Positions 33,393-46,617 of a DNA stretch of 64,000 bases are shown here, in pieces (position 1 is the stretch's first letter; each line of letters opens with the position of its first letter). Both the position numbers and the translations under genes were made by a program. The notes below the pieces were generated by a model. It worked only from the letters and a program-made list of their open reading frames with translations. It searched no databases and had not been told where the DNA came from. The stretch spans positions 151,865-215,864 of the forward strand of contig JAHBUZ010000001.1 of assembly GCA_019637815.1 (NCBI GenBank). The letters run 5' to 3'. The DNA is from Chloroflexota bacterium. Its GTDB lineage: Bacteria > Chloroflexota > Limnocylindria > Limnocylindrales > CSP1-4.

Positions 33393-35569
33393 GCGAGGCC
33401 GTCCAGCGGGCCACGGACCTCACTGGCACGCTCATCCTCAAGCACGACCACCTGTTCCTGCTGAGCGACCCGTTCGGCGACGTCCGATCGGACCAGCGGG
33501 GCCTGGGCCTGTATCTCGGGGACACCCGGATGCTGTCGCGCTATCAGCTGCGCATCGACGGTCAGCGACCCGTGGTGCTTCGGACCGGCGGTGGGGCCAG
33601 CTACCGCAACACGATCCAGATGACCAACCCGGACCTGGTCCGGAACCCGCTCGAGAAGAGCGATCCGGTGGCCGTGCTCCAGCGTCAGTCACTGGGCATC
33701 ATCCGCGAGCGTCTGATCACCGATGCATTCGAGGAGCGCATCCGGGTCCACAACTACACGCTCCACCCCGAGCGTTGCCGCCTCACCCTGGGCCTCGACG
33801 CTGACTTCGCGGACATCTTCGAGGTGCGGGGCGTGGCCCGCCAGGCCCGTGGCACGCGCACGGCACCGCGCCTCGTGGAGGATCTGGTCGGGTTCGGCTA
33901 CGAGGGTCTCGATGGACGGTCCCGCCAGACCTGGGTGCGGGTGTCCGAGGCCGGCGTCCGGACCATCGATGACCCCGACGATGCCGCATCCGGCGTCACG
34001 CTCACCATCGACTGGGAGATCCCACCCGGCGGCGACCGGTCGATCGAGGTGCGGGTGAGCGGCGAGGTCCTGGAGCCGGAGGACCGGCGGACACGGACCC
34101 GACCCGGCACCGCCATCGCGGGAGAGGATCCCGAGGCCGCTCACCGAGCGTGGCACGCGACCTCGGCGAGCATCTCCAGCAGCCACGCGGCCACCGATCG
34201 GGCGTTCCGGCGCAGCATGTCCGACCTGCGCCTCCTGGTGGACCCGGGACCCCTCCCCGGCGAGCGCTACATCGCGGCCGGCGTCCCCTGGTACGACACG
34301 CTCTTCGGGCGCGACGCCATCATCACGGCGCTCCAGCTGCTGATGGTCCGGCCGCAGGTCGCCCGGGAGACCCTGACGGTGCTCGCGCGGCTCCAGGCTG
34401 TCGCGATCGACGATTGGCGGGATGCCCAGCCGGGCAAGATCCTCCACGAGCTGCGGTCCGGGGAGATGGCACTCGCCCACGAGATCCCGCACACGCCCTA
34501 CTACGGCTCCGTCGACGCGACCCCCCTGTGGCTGGTGCTCCTGGGGGCCTACGAGCGCTGGACGGGTGACCTCGACCTGGTCGACCGGCTGTGGCCGAAC
34601 GCGCTCGCTGCCCTCGACTGGATCGACCGATCGAGCGATGGGAACGGCTTCGTGGCCTATCACCGACGCTCCGACCAGGGCCTCATCAACCAGGGCTGGA
34701 AGGATTCCGCGGATGCCATCCGCTGGGCCGATGGCCGTCTCGCCGAGGGTCCCATCGCGCTCGTCGAGGTCCAGGGCTATGTCCACGAGGGGCGCCGGGA
34801 GATGGCGCGCCTGGCACGTCGTCGAGGCGAGGTGGAGCTGGCGGAGCGGCTCGAGGCCGCTGCCGACCGACTGCGCAGCGCGTTCGAGGCCGCCTACTGG
34901 CTGGAGGATGCCGGCACCTACGCGGTCGCGCTCGACGGTGCGGGGCGACCCGTCGATTCGGTGACCTCGAACCCGGGTCACGCGTTGTGGAGCGGCCTGT
35001 GCGACCCCCAGCGCGCATCGCGCGTCGCGGAACGCCTGCTGGGACCCACGATGTTCAGCGGCTGGGGCGTCCGCACGCTGGCCGCGGACATGGCCGGCTA
35101 CAACCCCATCAGCTATCACATCGGCAGCATCTGGCCCCACGACAACGCCATCTGCGCCGCCGGACTGTGGCGATACGGCTTCCACGAGCAGGCCTCGCAG
35201 GTGGCCGCGGCGCTCATCGAGTCGACCCAGTACTTCCGCGACGCACGCCTGCCGGAGCTGTTCTGCGGGTTCGACCGGACCTCGTCGCCGTACCCGGTCC
35301 CGTATCCCGTCGCCTGCTCCCCGCAGGCGTGGGCCGCGGGGTCGGCGTTCCTGCTGCTCCAGGCGATGCTCGGCCTGCAACCCGATGCCGCCGCGCATGA
35401 GCTGCGGCTGCTCTCACCGACCCTCCCCGCGTGGCTCCCCGACGTGCGCCTCGAGAACCTCGTCGTGGGTGACGCCGTGGTGGACCTCCTGGTCCGCCGG
35501 ACGGACGGATCGACGGGTGTCGAGGTGCTCCGCCGCTCGGGGCCACTGGACGTCGTGGTCCGTGTCTGA
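33389..35569 (+). CDS. Amylo-alpha-1,6-glucosidase (glycogen debranching GDE-type) family protein
   Basis: AGVPWYDTLFGRD, QPGKILHE, YYGSVDAT, NQGWKDS, YHIGSIWPHDN, LPELFCG, QAWAA. Confidence 0.88.
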   Translation: MSEAVQRATDLTGTLILKHDHLFLLSDPFGDVRSDQRGLGLYLGDTRMLSRYQLRIDGQRPVVLRTGGGASYRNTIQMTNPDLVRNPLEKSDPVAVLQRQSLGIIRERLITDAFEERIRVHNYTLHPERCRLTLGLDADFADIFEVRGVARQARGTRTAPRLVEDLVGFGYEGLDGRSRQTWVRVSEAGVRTIDDPDDAASGVTLTIDWEIPPGGDRSIEVRVSGEVLEPEDRRTRTRPGTAIAGEDPEAAHRAWHATSASISSSHAATDRAFRRSMSDLRLLVDPGPLPGERYIAAGVPWYDTLFGRDAIITALQLLMVRPQVARETLTVLARLQAVAIDDWRDAQPGKILHELRSGEMALAHEIPHTPYYGSVDATPLWLVLLGAYERWTGDLDLVDRLWPNALAALDWIDRSSDGNGFVAYHRRSDQGLINQGWKDSADAIRWADGRLAEGPIALVEVQGYVHEGRREMARLARRRGEVELAERLEAAADRLRSAFEAAYWLEDAGTYAVALDGAGRPVDSVTSNPGHALWSGLCDPQRASRVAERLLGPTMFSGWGVRTLAADMAGYNPISYHIGSIWPHDNAICAAGLWRYGFHEQASQVAAALIESTQYFRDARLPELFCGFDRTSSPYPVPYPVACSPQAWAAGSAFLLLQAMLGLQPDAAAHELRLLSPTLPAWLPDVRLENLVVGDAVVDLLVRRTDGSTGVEVLRRSGPLDVVVRV

Positions 35570-35617
35570 CGCCATGTGGCGATGGCCGGCGATCCCCGTG
35601 GCCGCGTGGGACGGGTC

Positions 35618-36517
35618 ATGACCACGGTGGCTGCGGCCCTCGACGGCGCGGTGGCCCGCCTGGCGGGTGCGGGCGTCGATACGCCGCGCCTCGATGCGGA
35701 GGTGCTCCTGGGGCACGTCCTGGGCGTGGCCCGGACGGGTGTGCTGGCACATCCGGAGGCGCCCCTCGGCGATGGGCAGGTCGTCGCCTACCGGGATCTC
35801 ATCGAGCAGCGCGCTGCCGGGCAGCCAGTCGCCTATCTGCGTGGCCTGCGCGAGTTCCACGGCATCGCCCTCGCGGTCGATGCCCGGGTGCTCATCCCGC
35901 GGCCCGAGACGGAGCTGCTCGTGGACCTCGGGCTCGCGGACCTGCGCGTGCGGCTCACCGGAGCGCCACGCCCGCCGGACGCGCCGGCCCTCCGTGCCTG
36001 GGACGTGGGGACGGGCAGTGGCGCCATCGCGGTCGCGCTCGCCGTCGCGCTGCGCGCGGGTGGCTACCTGCCCGAGGTGCGCATCGCGGCCACGGACATC
36101 TCATCGGACGCCCTCACGCTGGCCATCGAGAACGCGGTCGCGCACGGTGTCGCCGATCGCGTCGATCTGGCGCCCGGGGACCTGCTGGATGCACCCGTGC
36201 CCCAGCCCGTCGAGCTGCTCCTCGCGAACCTGCCGTACATCGCCTCCGCCGAGGTCGCGACGTTGCCCGCCGAGGTACGCGCCGAGCCCCGCCTGGCGCT
36301 CGATGGCGGTGCCGATGGCCTGGAGCTCCTCGCTCGCCTCGTGCGTGGTCTGCCGACGGCCGTGGCCCCCGGTGGTCTCGTGCTGCTGGAGGTCGGTGCC
36401 GGCCAGGCCCCCGCGGTCGAGGCGCTCGTGACGGCGTCCCTGCCGGGCTGGTCGGTGCGCCACCACGTCGACCTCGCCGGCCACGCGCGCGTCGTGGCCA
36501 TCGACGTCCCCCGGTGA
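35618..36517 (+). CDS. prmC: Release factor glutamine methyltransferase PrmC/HemK
   Basis: LIPRPETE, DVGTGSGAIA, ANLPY (NPPY variant), ALDGGADG. An alternative GTG start is at 35576. Confidence 0.92.
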   Translation: MTTVAAALDGAVARLAGAGVDTPRLDAEVLLGHVLGVARTGVLAHPEAPLGDGQVVAYRDLIEQRAAGQPVAYLRGLREFHGIALAVDARVLIPRPETELLVDLGLADLRVRLTGAPRPPDAPALRAWDVGTGSGAIAVALAVALRAGGYLPEVRIAATDISSDALTLAIENAVAHGVADRVDLAPGDLLDAPVPQPVELLLANLPYIASAEVATLPAEVRAEPRLALDGGADGLELLARLVRGLPTAVAPGGLVLLEVGAGQAPAVEALVTASLPGWSVRHHVDLAGHARVVAIDVPR

Positions 36518-37140
36518 GCGACCCCCTGGTCCTGCCGGCCACCGATCCCGTCGCGCTCGAGGAGGCGGCGGCGGCGCTCGAGCAGGGCGACATCGTGGGC
36601 ATCCCGACCGAGACCGTGTACGGCATCGGGGTGCGCCCGGCACCCGATCCGCTGCGCGCGCTCATCACCGCGAAGCATCGTGACGAAGGCAAGGGCATCG
36701 CGCTGCTGGTCGATGGGCTCGACCAGGTGACCGAGCTGGTGACGCTGCCCGACGCCGCCCACCGTCTGGCTGACCGGTTCTGGCCGGGTGCGCTCACGCT
36801 CGTGCTGCCGCTGCGACCGGGCGTCGTGCTGCCGACCGCGCTGACCGGGGGTCGTCCGACGCTGGGCATCCGATTGCCGGATCACTCCGTGCCGCGGACC
36901 CTCGCCCGTCGGCTGGGCCCGCTCGCCGTGACGTCCGCGAACCGCAGCGGGGAGCCCGAGGCACGCACCGCGGCGGAGCTCGTGGCCAGCGTCGGCGATG
37001 CGCTGGCGCTGGTCCTCGACGACGGACCCGTCCGGGGCGGCGTGGCCTCCACGGTGGTGGCGCTCGACGTCGATGGCCGTCCGACCGTGCTGCGACCGGG
37101 CGCCCTCGACCCCGGGCTCCTCACCGCGACGCTCGGCTGA
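36514..37140 (+). CDS. tsaC: L-threonylcarbamoyladenylate synthase (TsaC/Sua5 N-terminal domain)
   Basis: [32 protein letters not shown]. Confidence 0.9.
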   Translation: MSDPLVLPATDPVALEEAAAALEQGDIVGIPTETVYGIGVRPAPDPLRALITAKHRDEGKGIALLVDGLDQVTELVTLPDAAHRLADRFWPGALTLVLPLRPGVVLPTALTGGRPTLGIRLPDHSVPRTLARRLGPLAVTSANRSGEPEARTAAELVASVGDALALVLDDGPVRGGVASTVVALDVDGRPTVLRPGALDPGLLTATLG

Positions 37141-37292
37141 GCGCCGGCGTCCACTGGCCGAGGACGTCCGAACGGGACCGCGGCGTCGCCACCGGACGCC
37201 GCCCACCAACCACGCGGACCGTGCCTCGGGCGCTCGGGCCGGACGCGGGTACACTGGCCGCGAACGCGCCGGACCCGTCGAGGAGGACCCCC

Positions 37293-38567
37293 ATGACCGC
37301 CACCGCCAGCCCATCGGCCGCGCTCGCCCCGCTGGCCGAGGCGGATCCCGAGGTCTGGGACGCGATCGTCCGCGAAGGGGAGCGGCAGCGCTGGAAGATC
37401 GAGCTCATCGCGAGCGAGAACTACGTGATGCCCGCGGTCCTCGAGGCACAGGGCACGTGGCTCACCAACAAGTACGCGGAGGGCCTGCCCGGGCGGCGCT
37501 ACTACGGTGGCTGCGAGTTCGTGGACATCGTGGAGCGCCTCGCGCAGGAGCGCGCCCTCGCCCTGTTCCCGGGCGCCGAGCACGTCAACGTGCAGCCCCA
37601 CTCAGGTGCCCAGGCGAACATGGCGGCCTATTTCTCGGTGCTCTCTCCGGGTGACCGGATCCTGGGCATGAACCTTGCCCACGGCGGTCACCTGACGCAC
37701 GGCATGGCCCTCAACTTCTCGGGCAAGCTGTACGAGGTGCATGCGTACGGCGTGCGCGAGGACGACCAGCGCATCGACTACGACGCCCTGGAGCGGCAGG
37801 CCGCCGAGGTGCGTCCGAGGCTCATCGTGGCGGGTGCCAGCGCGTATCCCCGGATCATCGACTTCGAGCGGATGGCGCGCATCGCGCACGACGTGGATGC
37901 GCTGCTGTTCGTGGACATGGCACACATCGCGGGGCTCGTCGCGGCGGGCCTGCACCCCAGCCCCTTCCCGCACGCGGACCTCGTGACGACGACCACCCAC
38001 AAGACGCTCCGCGGCCCTCGCGGGGGCATCGTGTTCGCCCGTCGCGAGATGGCGACCGCGGTGGACAAGACGGTCTTCCCGGGCATCCAGGGGGGTCCCC
38101 TGATGCACGTCATCGCCGCCAAGGCGGTGGCCTTCAAGCTCGCCCTCGAGCCGGACTTCGTCGCCGACCAGGTGCGCACCATCGAGAACGCGCAGGCACT
38201 CGCGAGCACGCTCGCGGAGCTGGGCGCCAGCCTCGTCTCGGGTGGCACCGACAACCACCTGATGCTCGTCGACGTGACACCCCTGGGCGTGACCGGCAAG
38301 GAGGCGGAGCGGCTGCTGGACGACGTGGGCATCACCGTCAACAAGAACGCCATCCCCTTCGACCCGCTGCCGCCCAACACCGCCTCGGGGATCCGAGTGG
38401 GCTCACCCGCCGTCACGACGCGTGGCTTCGGGCCCGACGAGATGCGCCAGGTGGGCCGGCTCATCGTGCGCGCCCTGACGGGCCGCGACGACGAGTCCGT
38501 GCTGGCGTCGGTGCGCGACGAGGTCCGCGACATCTGCGCCCGGTTCCCGGTCCCGGGCCTGCCCTGA
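37293..38567 (+). CDS. glyA: Serine hydroxymethyltransferase
   Basis: [42 protein letters not shown]; TACACT -10 at 37250-37255. Confidence 0.97.
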   Translation: MTATASPSAALAPLAEADPEVWDAIVREGERQRWKIELIASENYVMPAVLEAQGTWLTNKYAEGLPGRRYYGGCEFVDIVERLAQERALALFPGAEHVNVQPHSGAQANMAAYFSVLSPGDRILGMNLAHGGHLTHGMALNFSGKLYEVHAYGVREDDQRIDYDALERQAAEVRPRLIVAGASAYPRIIDFERMARIAHDVDALLFVDMAHIAGLVAAGLHPSPFPHADLVTTTTHKTLRGPRGGIVFARREMATAVDKTVFPGIQGGPLMHVIAAKAVAFKLALEPDFVADQVRTIENAQALASTLAELGASLVSGGTDNHLMLVDVTPLGVTGKEAERLLDDVGITVNKNAIPFDPLPPNTASGIRVGSPAVTTRGFGPDEMRQVGRLIVRALTGRDDESVLASVRDEVRDICARFPVPGLP

Positions 38568-38601
38568 TCGGGTCATGCCGCTGCCGGGGTCACGGGTCGT
38601 C

Positions 38602-39873
38602 ATGACCACGGACCTGGTCCTGTTCCTGGTCCTCGCCTTCGGTGTCGCCGTGGCCGTGGGGCTCGTCCTCACGCCCGTCGCGATCCGCCTGGCGCGCTCG
38701 CTGGGTGCCATCGACCTGCCGGATTCGGAGCGACGCGTGCATCGCACGCCCATCGCCCGCCTGGGCGGCCTCGCGGTGGGCACCACGTTCGTGCTCGTGG
38801 GCATCGCCGCGGTGATGGTCGGCCGACAGCTGTTCCCGGTCGCGCTGCCGGGCTCGAACCCGATCGTGAACGTGCGCGTCGGCGACCAGCAGCTGCTGGC
38901 CCTGTTCGGTGGCGTCCTCCTGGCCATGGTCTTCGGCGTCATCGACGACCGCTGGCAGATCCGGGCGCGGTACCAGTTCCTGGGCCAGCTCGCGCTCGCG
39001 GTCGTGGCGCTCCTCGGGGGCATCCTGTTCACGTTCATCGCGAACCCGTTCCAGGCGCTCGGATCGGCGTTCGGTGGTGCCAACCTCGTGTTCCTGGAGC
39101 TGTTCCAGCTGCGCATCGGCGACATCGTCATCCAGCCCGTGCCGGCGGTCCTGACCGCCCTCTGGATCGTGGGCATGATCAACTGCATCAACTGGATCGA
39201 CGGTCTCGATGGGCTGTCCACGGGCGTCTCGCTCATCGCGGCCGTGACGCTGGGCATCATCAGCGTCACTGCGGCGCCCGTGGAGCCGATGGTCGCCCTG
39301 CTGTGCGCCGTGCTCGCGGGGTCGCTCGCGGGGTTCCTGCCCTGGAACTTCCACCCGGCGCGTATCTTCATCGGGACCGCGGGGGTGATGGCCGTGGGCT
39401 ATGCGCTCGCCGTGCTGTCCATCCTGGGCACGGCCAAGGTCGCCGTGGCGCTGCTCATCCTGGGGGTGCCCATCATCGACACCTTCTGGATCATCATCCG
39501 ACGCATCGCGTCCGGGGTCTCCCCGTTCGAACCCGACCGGGGTCACCTCCACCATCGATTGCTCGACCTCGGACTGAGCCATCGCGGAGCGGTGCTCCTG
39601 ATCTATGCCATCTGCATCGGCCTGGGTGTCAGCGGCCTCGTCCTGTCCTCGTCGGGCGCCGGTCCCCTGTACGCGTTCCTGGGCGTGGTCATCGCGGGTG
39701 GCCTGGTGCTGTATCTCCTGACCCGCCGGACCCGTGACGCGCTCGACGCCCGGAGCTATCCGGACGAGCCGGAGTCGTCCGACGCCCGACCGGGTGACGC
39801 CACGCCACCCGAGGGCACCTCGCAGGCAGCGGCGACGGGCACCCAGGGCCATCGCACGAGGCCCGTCCGATGA
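38602..39873 (+). CDS. Undecaprenyl-phosphate GlcNAc-1-phosphate transferase (WecA/TagO, MraY family)
   Basis: IARLGG, GVIDD, NWIDGLDG, WNFHPARIFIG, PIIDT, DRGHLHHRL. An alternative ATG is at 38575. Confidence 0.88.
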   Translation: MTTDLVLFLVLAFGVAVAVGLVLTPVAIRLARSLGAIDLPDSERRVHRTPIARLGGLAVGTTFVLVGIAAVMVGRQLFPVALPGSNPIVNVRVGDQQLLALFGGVLLAMVFGVIDDRWQIRARYQFLGQLALAVVALLGGILFTFIANPFQALGSAFGGANLVFLELFQLRIGDIVIQPVPAVLTALWIVGMINCINWIDGLDGLSTGVSLIAAVTLGIISVTAAPVEPMVALLCAVLAGSLAGFLPWNFHPARIFIGTAGVMAVGYALAVLSILGTAKVAVALLILGVPIIDTFWIIIRRIASGVSPFEPDRGHLHHRLLDLGLSHRGAVLLIYAICIGLGVSGLVLSSSGAGPLYAFLGVVIAGGLVLYLLTRRTRDALDARSYPDEPESSDARPGDATPPEGTSQAAATGTQGHRTRPVR

Positions 39874-39928
39874 GGCGTCGCATGCGCGGGGACGTGCTGA
39901 TATACTCCGCTCGCCCGGACCGAGCCTG

Positions 39929-40165
39929 ATGGACGGTCACGCACGAGCGCTTGGCTACTTCGCGCTCTTCACGGAGATCGGGCTCGTCCTCTTCGTGACG
40001 ACCATGGTCGGTGCGTTGGCGGGTCACTGGCTGGACCAGCAGCTCCAGACGAACCCATTGTTCGTCGTTGCAGGGTTCCTCGGTGGCGCGTTCCTGGGGG
40101 CAGTGGCGGATTACCGCCTCATCGCCAGGTTCCTGAAACGACTGGACAGCGAGGATGGAGCGTGA
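39929..40165 (+). CDS. AtpZ/AtpI-family ATP synthase accessory protein
   Basis: Two TM helices with GHWLDQQLQTNP; first gene of the atp operon. TGa-TATACT -10 at 39901-39906. Confidence 0.8.
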   Translation: MDGHARALGYFALFTEIGLVLFVTTMVGALAGHWLDQQLQTNPLFVVAGFLGGAFLGAVADYRLIARFLKRLDSEDGA

Positions 40166-40196
40166 CCGGCCGGTCACGCCCGGGTGTGGAGCGACG

Positions 40197-41222
40197 GTGA
40201 CGAGCGAACAGAGCCCGACGGTGGTCCTGGGCGAGGCCCTTGAGCCCAGGAAGCGCAGCCCGCTCAAGGTGCTGCTGCTCATCCTGGTCGCCGTCATCGT
40301 GATCGACGTGCTGGCACTCATCTTCGTGCCGCCCATGAACCGCGAGACCGGCACGACCGACTGCGCCTACCCCGTCTGCTTCATCGACGGCAACCTGCAC
40401 CTGCCGGCACCCCACGCCATCTGGTCGCCGTCCGGCGAGCACGCCGAGCTGGGGCTCATCGCGTGGGACGTGTCCATCACCGACTCGCTGTTCACGATGA
40501 TGCTCATCAGCGTCGTCCTGCTGGTGCTCATGATCCTCGCCACGCGACGGCGCGACCTGCATCCGGGGCGCATCCAGAACTTCGTGGAATGGGGCTGGGA
40601 GGGCCTCCACGGCTTCGCCAAGGGCATGGGCGGTACGGCCGCCGAGCGGTACGTGCCCATGTTCGCGGCCTTCTTCCTGCTCATCCTCGCCATGAACTGG
40701 AGCGGTCTCATCCCGGTCGTGGGCCGGGTGGACTTCCTGCGTGCCCCCACCAGCGACCTCAACATCACGGTCGGTCTGGCGCTCGTCGCCTTCTGCTTCT
40801 TCCACATCGAGGGCGTCCGGCGCCTGGGCATCAAGGCGTATCTGAGCAAGTTCTTCCCGCTCTACGAGTTCAGGAACGGCGTCGGCGCGGGCGTCATCGC
40901 GATGTTCGTGGGCCTCGTGGAGCTGCTGCTCGAGTTCGTCAAGCCGCTCACGCTGTCGATGCGACTCTTCGGCAACATCTACGGCGGCGAGACCGCGCTC
41001 GCGGTGCTCACGGCGCTCACCATCGGCGTGCTGCCGGTGGCCCTGTACGGCCTGGAGGTGATGCTCACCTTCGTCCAGGCACTCATCTTCTCCACGCTCA
41101 CCCTCATGTTCGTGATCGCGGCCATCGAGAGCCACCATCACGAGGAAGGCGAGATGGGGCACGAGGCGATGGACGCCGTGCACGATGCCGGTCATCACCC
41201 TGCCCCGAGCGCGGCCCACTAG
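40197..41222 (+). CDS. atpB: F0F1 ATP synthase subunit a
   Basis: PGRIQN, APTSDLN, LSMRLFGN (essential Arg), QALIFSTL. Start 40197 or 40155. Confidence 0.95.
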   Translation: MTSEQSPTVVLGEALEPRKRSPLKVLLLILVAVIVIDVLALIFVPPMNRETGTTDCAYPVCFIDGNLHLPAPHAIWSPSGEHAELGLIAWDVSITDSLFTMMLISVVLLVLMILATRRRDLHPGRIQNFVEWGWEGLHGFAKGMGGTAAERYVPMFAAFFLLILAMNWSGLIPVVGRVDFLRAPTSDLNITVGLALVAFCFFHIEGVRRLGIKAYLSKFFPLYEFRNGVGAGVIAMFVGLVELLLEFVKPLTLSMRLFGNIYGGETALAVLTALTIGVLPVALYGLEVMLTFVQALIFSTLTLMFVIAAIESHHHEEGEMGHEAMDAVHDAGHHPAPSAAH

Positions 41223-41294
41223 GGATCCGCGCCGATCACCACGGCCCAACGGAGCGCCGGGATGTCGTCCCGGGCATAGGAGGTATAGGAACTC

Positions 41295-41504
41295 ATGGAG
41301 ACTCTTGGCGCAGGCCTGGCTGCGTTCGGTGTGCTTGGCCCCGGCCTCGCCATCGGCATCCTGGGTGGCATGTCCGCAGCGGCCATCGGCCGCAACCCGG
41401 ACGCGGCGGCCCAGATCCGTGGCCTTGCCATCATCCTCGCGGCGTTCGCCGAGGGCCTCGGCGTGCTCGCCGTGGTGGTCGGCCTGCTGACGCTGTTCCT
41501 CTAG
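41295..41504 (+). CDS. atpE: F0F1 ATP synthase subunit c
   Basis: GPGLAIG, RNPD loop, conserved Glu in AEGLG. Confidence 0.95.
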   Translation: METLGAGLAAFGVLGPGLAIGILGGMSAAAIGRNPDAAAQIRGLAIILAAFAEGLGVLAVVVGLLTLFL

Positions 41505-41526
41505 TCACCGGACCCGGGAGCACGTC

Positions 41527-42129
41527 GTGGACCTTCTCGCGGTCGCAGAAGGCGTCGGGCGCACCGTCGCCCCCGTCTTCGCCGCGGCGGCCAGCGCCGA
41601 GGGAGAGGGCGGTGGCGGTGGGCTGACGATCAACCTGTTCTGGATCATCGTCGCCGCTGCCAACTTCCTGCTGTTCTTCGCGCTCGCCTACTACATCGTG
41701 CTCAAGCCGGTCGGGGCCACGGTCGCCGCGCGGCGGGAGCGCATCGAGCAGGGGCTCAAGGATGCCGACGCCGCCCGGCGGGACCGGGAGGCAGCCGCCG
41801 ACCAGCGCCAGGCGATCCTCGCCGAGGCGCGCCGGGAGGCGAACGACATCGTGGTGCGCGCCCAGAAGGCGGCCGACGAGGCCCGCGACCAGGGCGTCAC
41901 CGAGACCCGTGCGGAGATCGAGCGTCTCAAGGAGCAGGCCGTCGCGGACATCGAGGCGGAGCGTCAGCGCGCCGTGTCCGAGGTGCGTGGCCAGGTCGCC
42001 GATCTCGCCCTCCAGGCCGCCGGCCGGGTCGTGGGCGAGACCATGTCCGGTGACCGCGAACGTCGACTCGTGGACGAGTTCCTGACCCAGGTGACCGCCC
42101 CCGCGGCGGGCACCGCCGAGCGGAACTAG
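41527..42129 (+). CDS. atpF: F0F1 ATP synthase subunit b
   Basis: FWIIVAAANFLLFF TM, RRERIEQGL, coiled coil. Confidence 0.92.
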   Translation: MDLLAVAEGVGRTVAPVFAAAASAEGEGGGGGLTINLFWIIVAAANFLLFFALAYYIVLKPVGATVAARRERIEQGLKDADAARRDREAAADQRQAILAEARREANDIVVRAQKAADEARDQGVTETRAEIERLKEQAVADIEAERQRAVSEVRGQVADLALQAAGRVVGETMSGDRERRLVDEFLTQVTAPAAGTAERN

Positions 42130-42138
42130 GCGATCCCC

Positions 42139-42684
42139 ATGCCCACCCCCCGCAGCACCGCCCGTCGATACGCCGAGGCAGCCACCCAGATCGCCGATCG
42201 GGATGGCACGCTCGGTGACTGGGTGGCGGCCGTGGAACGTGCCAGCGAGCGGCTGTCCGCCGCGGACCTGATGCGTGTCCTGTCCGACCCGGCCATCCCG
42301 TTCGCGGATCGCCGCCGCGTCGCGGAGCAGGTCCTCGGCGACACGGTCACGGGCGGTCCCCGGAACCTCGTGCTGCTGCTCGTCCGGCGTGGTCGGATCG
42401 AGCTGCTGCCGCAGGTCGCCGCGGAGCTGCGCCGACTCCATGACCAGCGAGCGGGCATCGCCACGGCCGTCGTCACGAGCGCCGCGCCGCTCACCCCGGA
42501 GGAGGCGGCGGCCGTCAGCCAGCGTCTCTCCGAGATGACCGGTGACACCGTCCAGCTGGAGCTCCAGGTGGACCCATCGCTCCTGGGCGGCGTCCAGGTG
42601 CGCATCGGCGACCGGCTCATCGACGGCAGCGTCCGGGGTCGTCTCGAGCGACTCCGCTCCCGCCTCGCCGCGGGCGCCATCTGA
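42139..42684 (+). CDS. atpH: F0F1 ATP synthase subunit delta
   Basis: [26 protein letters not shown]. Confidence 0.95.
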   Translation: MPTPRSTARRYAEAATQIADRDGTLGDWVAAVERASERLSAADLMRVLSDPAIPFADRRRVAEQVLGDTVTGGPRNLVLLLVRRGRIELLPQVAAELRRLHDQRAGIATAVVTSAAPLTPEEAAAVSQRLSEMTGDTVQLELQVDPSLLGGVQVRIGDRLIDGSVRGRLERLRSRLAAGAI

Positions 42685-42724
42685 CACCAGACACCACGCA
42701 CCACCGGCACCAGGGAGTCCCACC

Positions 42725-44257
42725 ATGGCCATCCGCTCGGACGACATCACCGAGATCATCAGGTCCACCATCGAGCACTTCGACGCGGGCGTCGAGAACC
42801 GCTCCGTCGGCACGGTGGTGGCCGTCGGCGACGGCATCGCCAGCATCTATGGCCTCGATGGTGCCCTCGCGTCCGAGCTGCTGGAGTTCCCCGGTGGCGT
42901 GCGCGGCATGGCCCTCAACCTCGAGGAGGAGACGGTCGGCGCCGTGATCCTGGGTGACTACACCCAGATCAAGGAGGGCGACACCGTCAAGACCACGGGC
43001 TCCGTCGTGGAGATCCCCGTGGGCGCGGCGCTCGTCGGCCGGGTCGTGGACCCGCTCGGGCGACCGCTCGATGACAAGGGCCCCATCGCGGCGACCGCCA
43101 TGCGGCCCGTCGAGCGTGTGGCACCGGGCGTCATCACCCGCAAGTCGGTGGACACGCCGCTCCAGACCGGCGTCAAGGCGATCGACGCGCTCATCCCCAT
43201 CGGCCGGGGCCAGCGCGAGCTGATCATCGGTGACCGCCAGACGGGCAAGACCGCGGTGGCCATCGACACGATCATCAACCAGAAGGGCAAGGGCGTCATC
43301 TGCGTCTACGTGGCCATCGGACAGAAGCTGTCCACGGTCGCGAAGGTGGTCGCCGTCCTCGAGCAGCACGGCGCGATGGAGCACACGGTCGTGGTCCTCG
43401 CAGGCGCCGAGGATCCCGCGTCGCTCCAGTACCTCGCGCCGTACGCGGGTGCCACGATCGGCGAGGAGATCATGGAGAACGGCGTGGAGGTGGGCGGCCA
43501 GCTCATCAAGGACGCGCTGTGTGTCTATGACGACCTCACCAAGCACGCCTGGGCGTACCGCGAGATGTCGCTGCTGCTCCGCCGACCGCCCGGCCGCGAG
43601 GCCTACCCGGGTGACGTGTTCTATCTCCACAGCCGCCTCCTCGAGCGTGCCGCGCGTCTCAACGAGGACAACGGCGGTGGCTCGCTGACCGCGCTGCCCA
43701 TCATCGAGACGCAGGCCGGTGACGTGTCCGCGTACATCCCCACGAACGTCATCTCCATCACGGACGGTCAGCTGTTCCTGGAGACGGACCTGTTCAACGC
43801 CGGTCAGCGGCCCGCCCTCAACGTGGGCATCTCGGTGTCCCGCGTGGGGTCCGCGGCCCAGACCAAGGCGATGCGCAAGGTGGCCGGTCCGCTCAAGCTG
43901 GACCTCGCCCAGTACCGCGAGCTGGCCGCGTTCGCCCAGTTCGCATCGGACCTCGACAAGGCGACCCGCGACCAGCTGACCCGCGGCGAGAAGATCTCCG
44001 AGGTCACCAAGCAGCCCCAGTACCAGCCGCTCTCGGTGGAGAAGCAGGTGGCCATCCTGTGGGTGGTCACGAACGGCTTCCTCGATGACATCCCGACCGG
44101 CCGCATCAAGGACTTCGAGGCGCGCTTCTACCGCTTCCTCGAGACGGAGCGCCCGGACGTCCTGACCACCCTGGCCGCCAAGCCGGAGCTCACGGACGAG
44201 ATCGTGGGCGCGCTCCGATCGGCCGCCACCGACTTCAAGGAGACGTTCACGGCCTGA
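42725..44257 (+). CDS. atpA: F0F1 ATP synthase subunit alpha
   Basis: [36 protein letters not shown] before ATG 42725. Confidence 0.98.
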   Translation: MAIRSDDITEIIRSTIEHFDAGVENRSVGTVVAVGDGIASIYGLDGALASELLEFPGGVRGMALNLEEETVGAVILGDYTQIKEGDTVKTTGSVVEIPVGAALVGRVVDPLGRPLDDKGPIAATAMRPVERVAPGVITRKSVDTPLQTGVKAIDALIPIGRGQRELIIGDRQTGKTAVAIDTIINQKGKGVICVYVAIGQKLSTVAKVVAVLEQHGAMEHTVVVLAGAEDPASLQYLAPYAGATIGEEIMENGVEVGGQLIKDALCVYDDLTKHAWAYREMSLLLRRPPGREAYPGDVFYLHSRLLERAARLNEDNGGGSLTALPIIETQAGDVSAYIPTNVISITDGQLFLETDLFNAGQRPALNVGISVSRVGSAAQTKAMRKVAGPLKLDLAQYRELAAFAQFASDLDKATRDQLTRGEKISEVTKQPQYQPLSVEKQVAILWVVTNGFLDDIPTGRIKDFEARFYRFLETERPDVLTTLAAKPELTDEIVGALRSAATDFKETFTA

Positions 44258-44311
44258 CCCGGCGCGACCGCTGACCCGGTCGCCCGGCCCGCCGTCCGAC
44301 CAGGAGGCCCA

Positions 44312-46616
<2,305 letters not shown>

Positions 46617-46617
46617 C

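Noticed and set aside
37141-37292. ZMP/ZTP riboswitch upstream of glyA
   Set aside because: The TACACT -10 at 37250 leaves only a ~30-nt leader, and the aptamer consensus is not seen.
41295-41504. Na+-coupled ATP synthase
   Set aside because: The c subunit lacks the Gln in GPGxxQG and the ES/T pair (it has GPGLAIG and EGL), which is consistent with H+ coupling.
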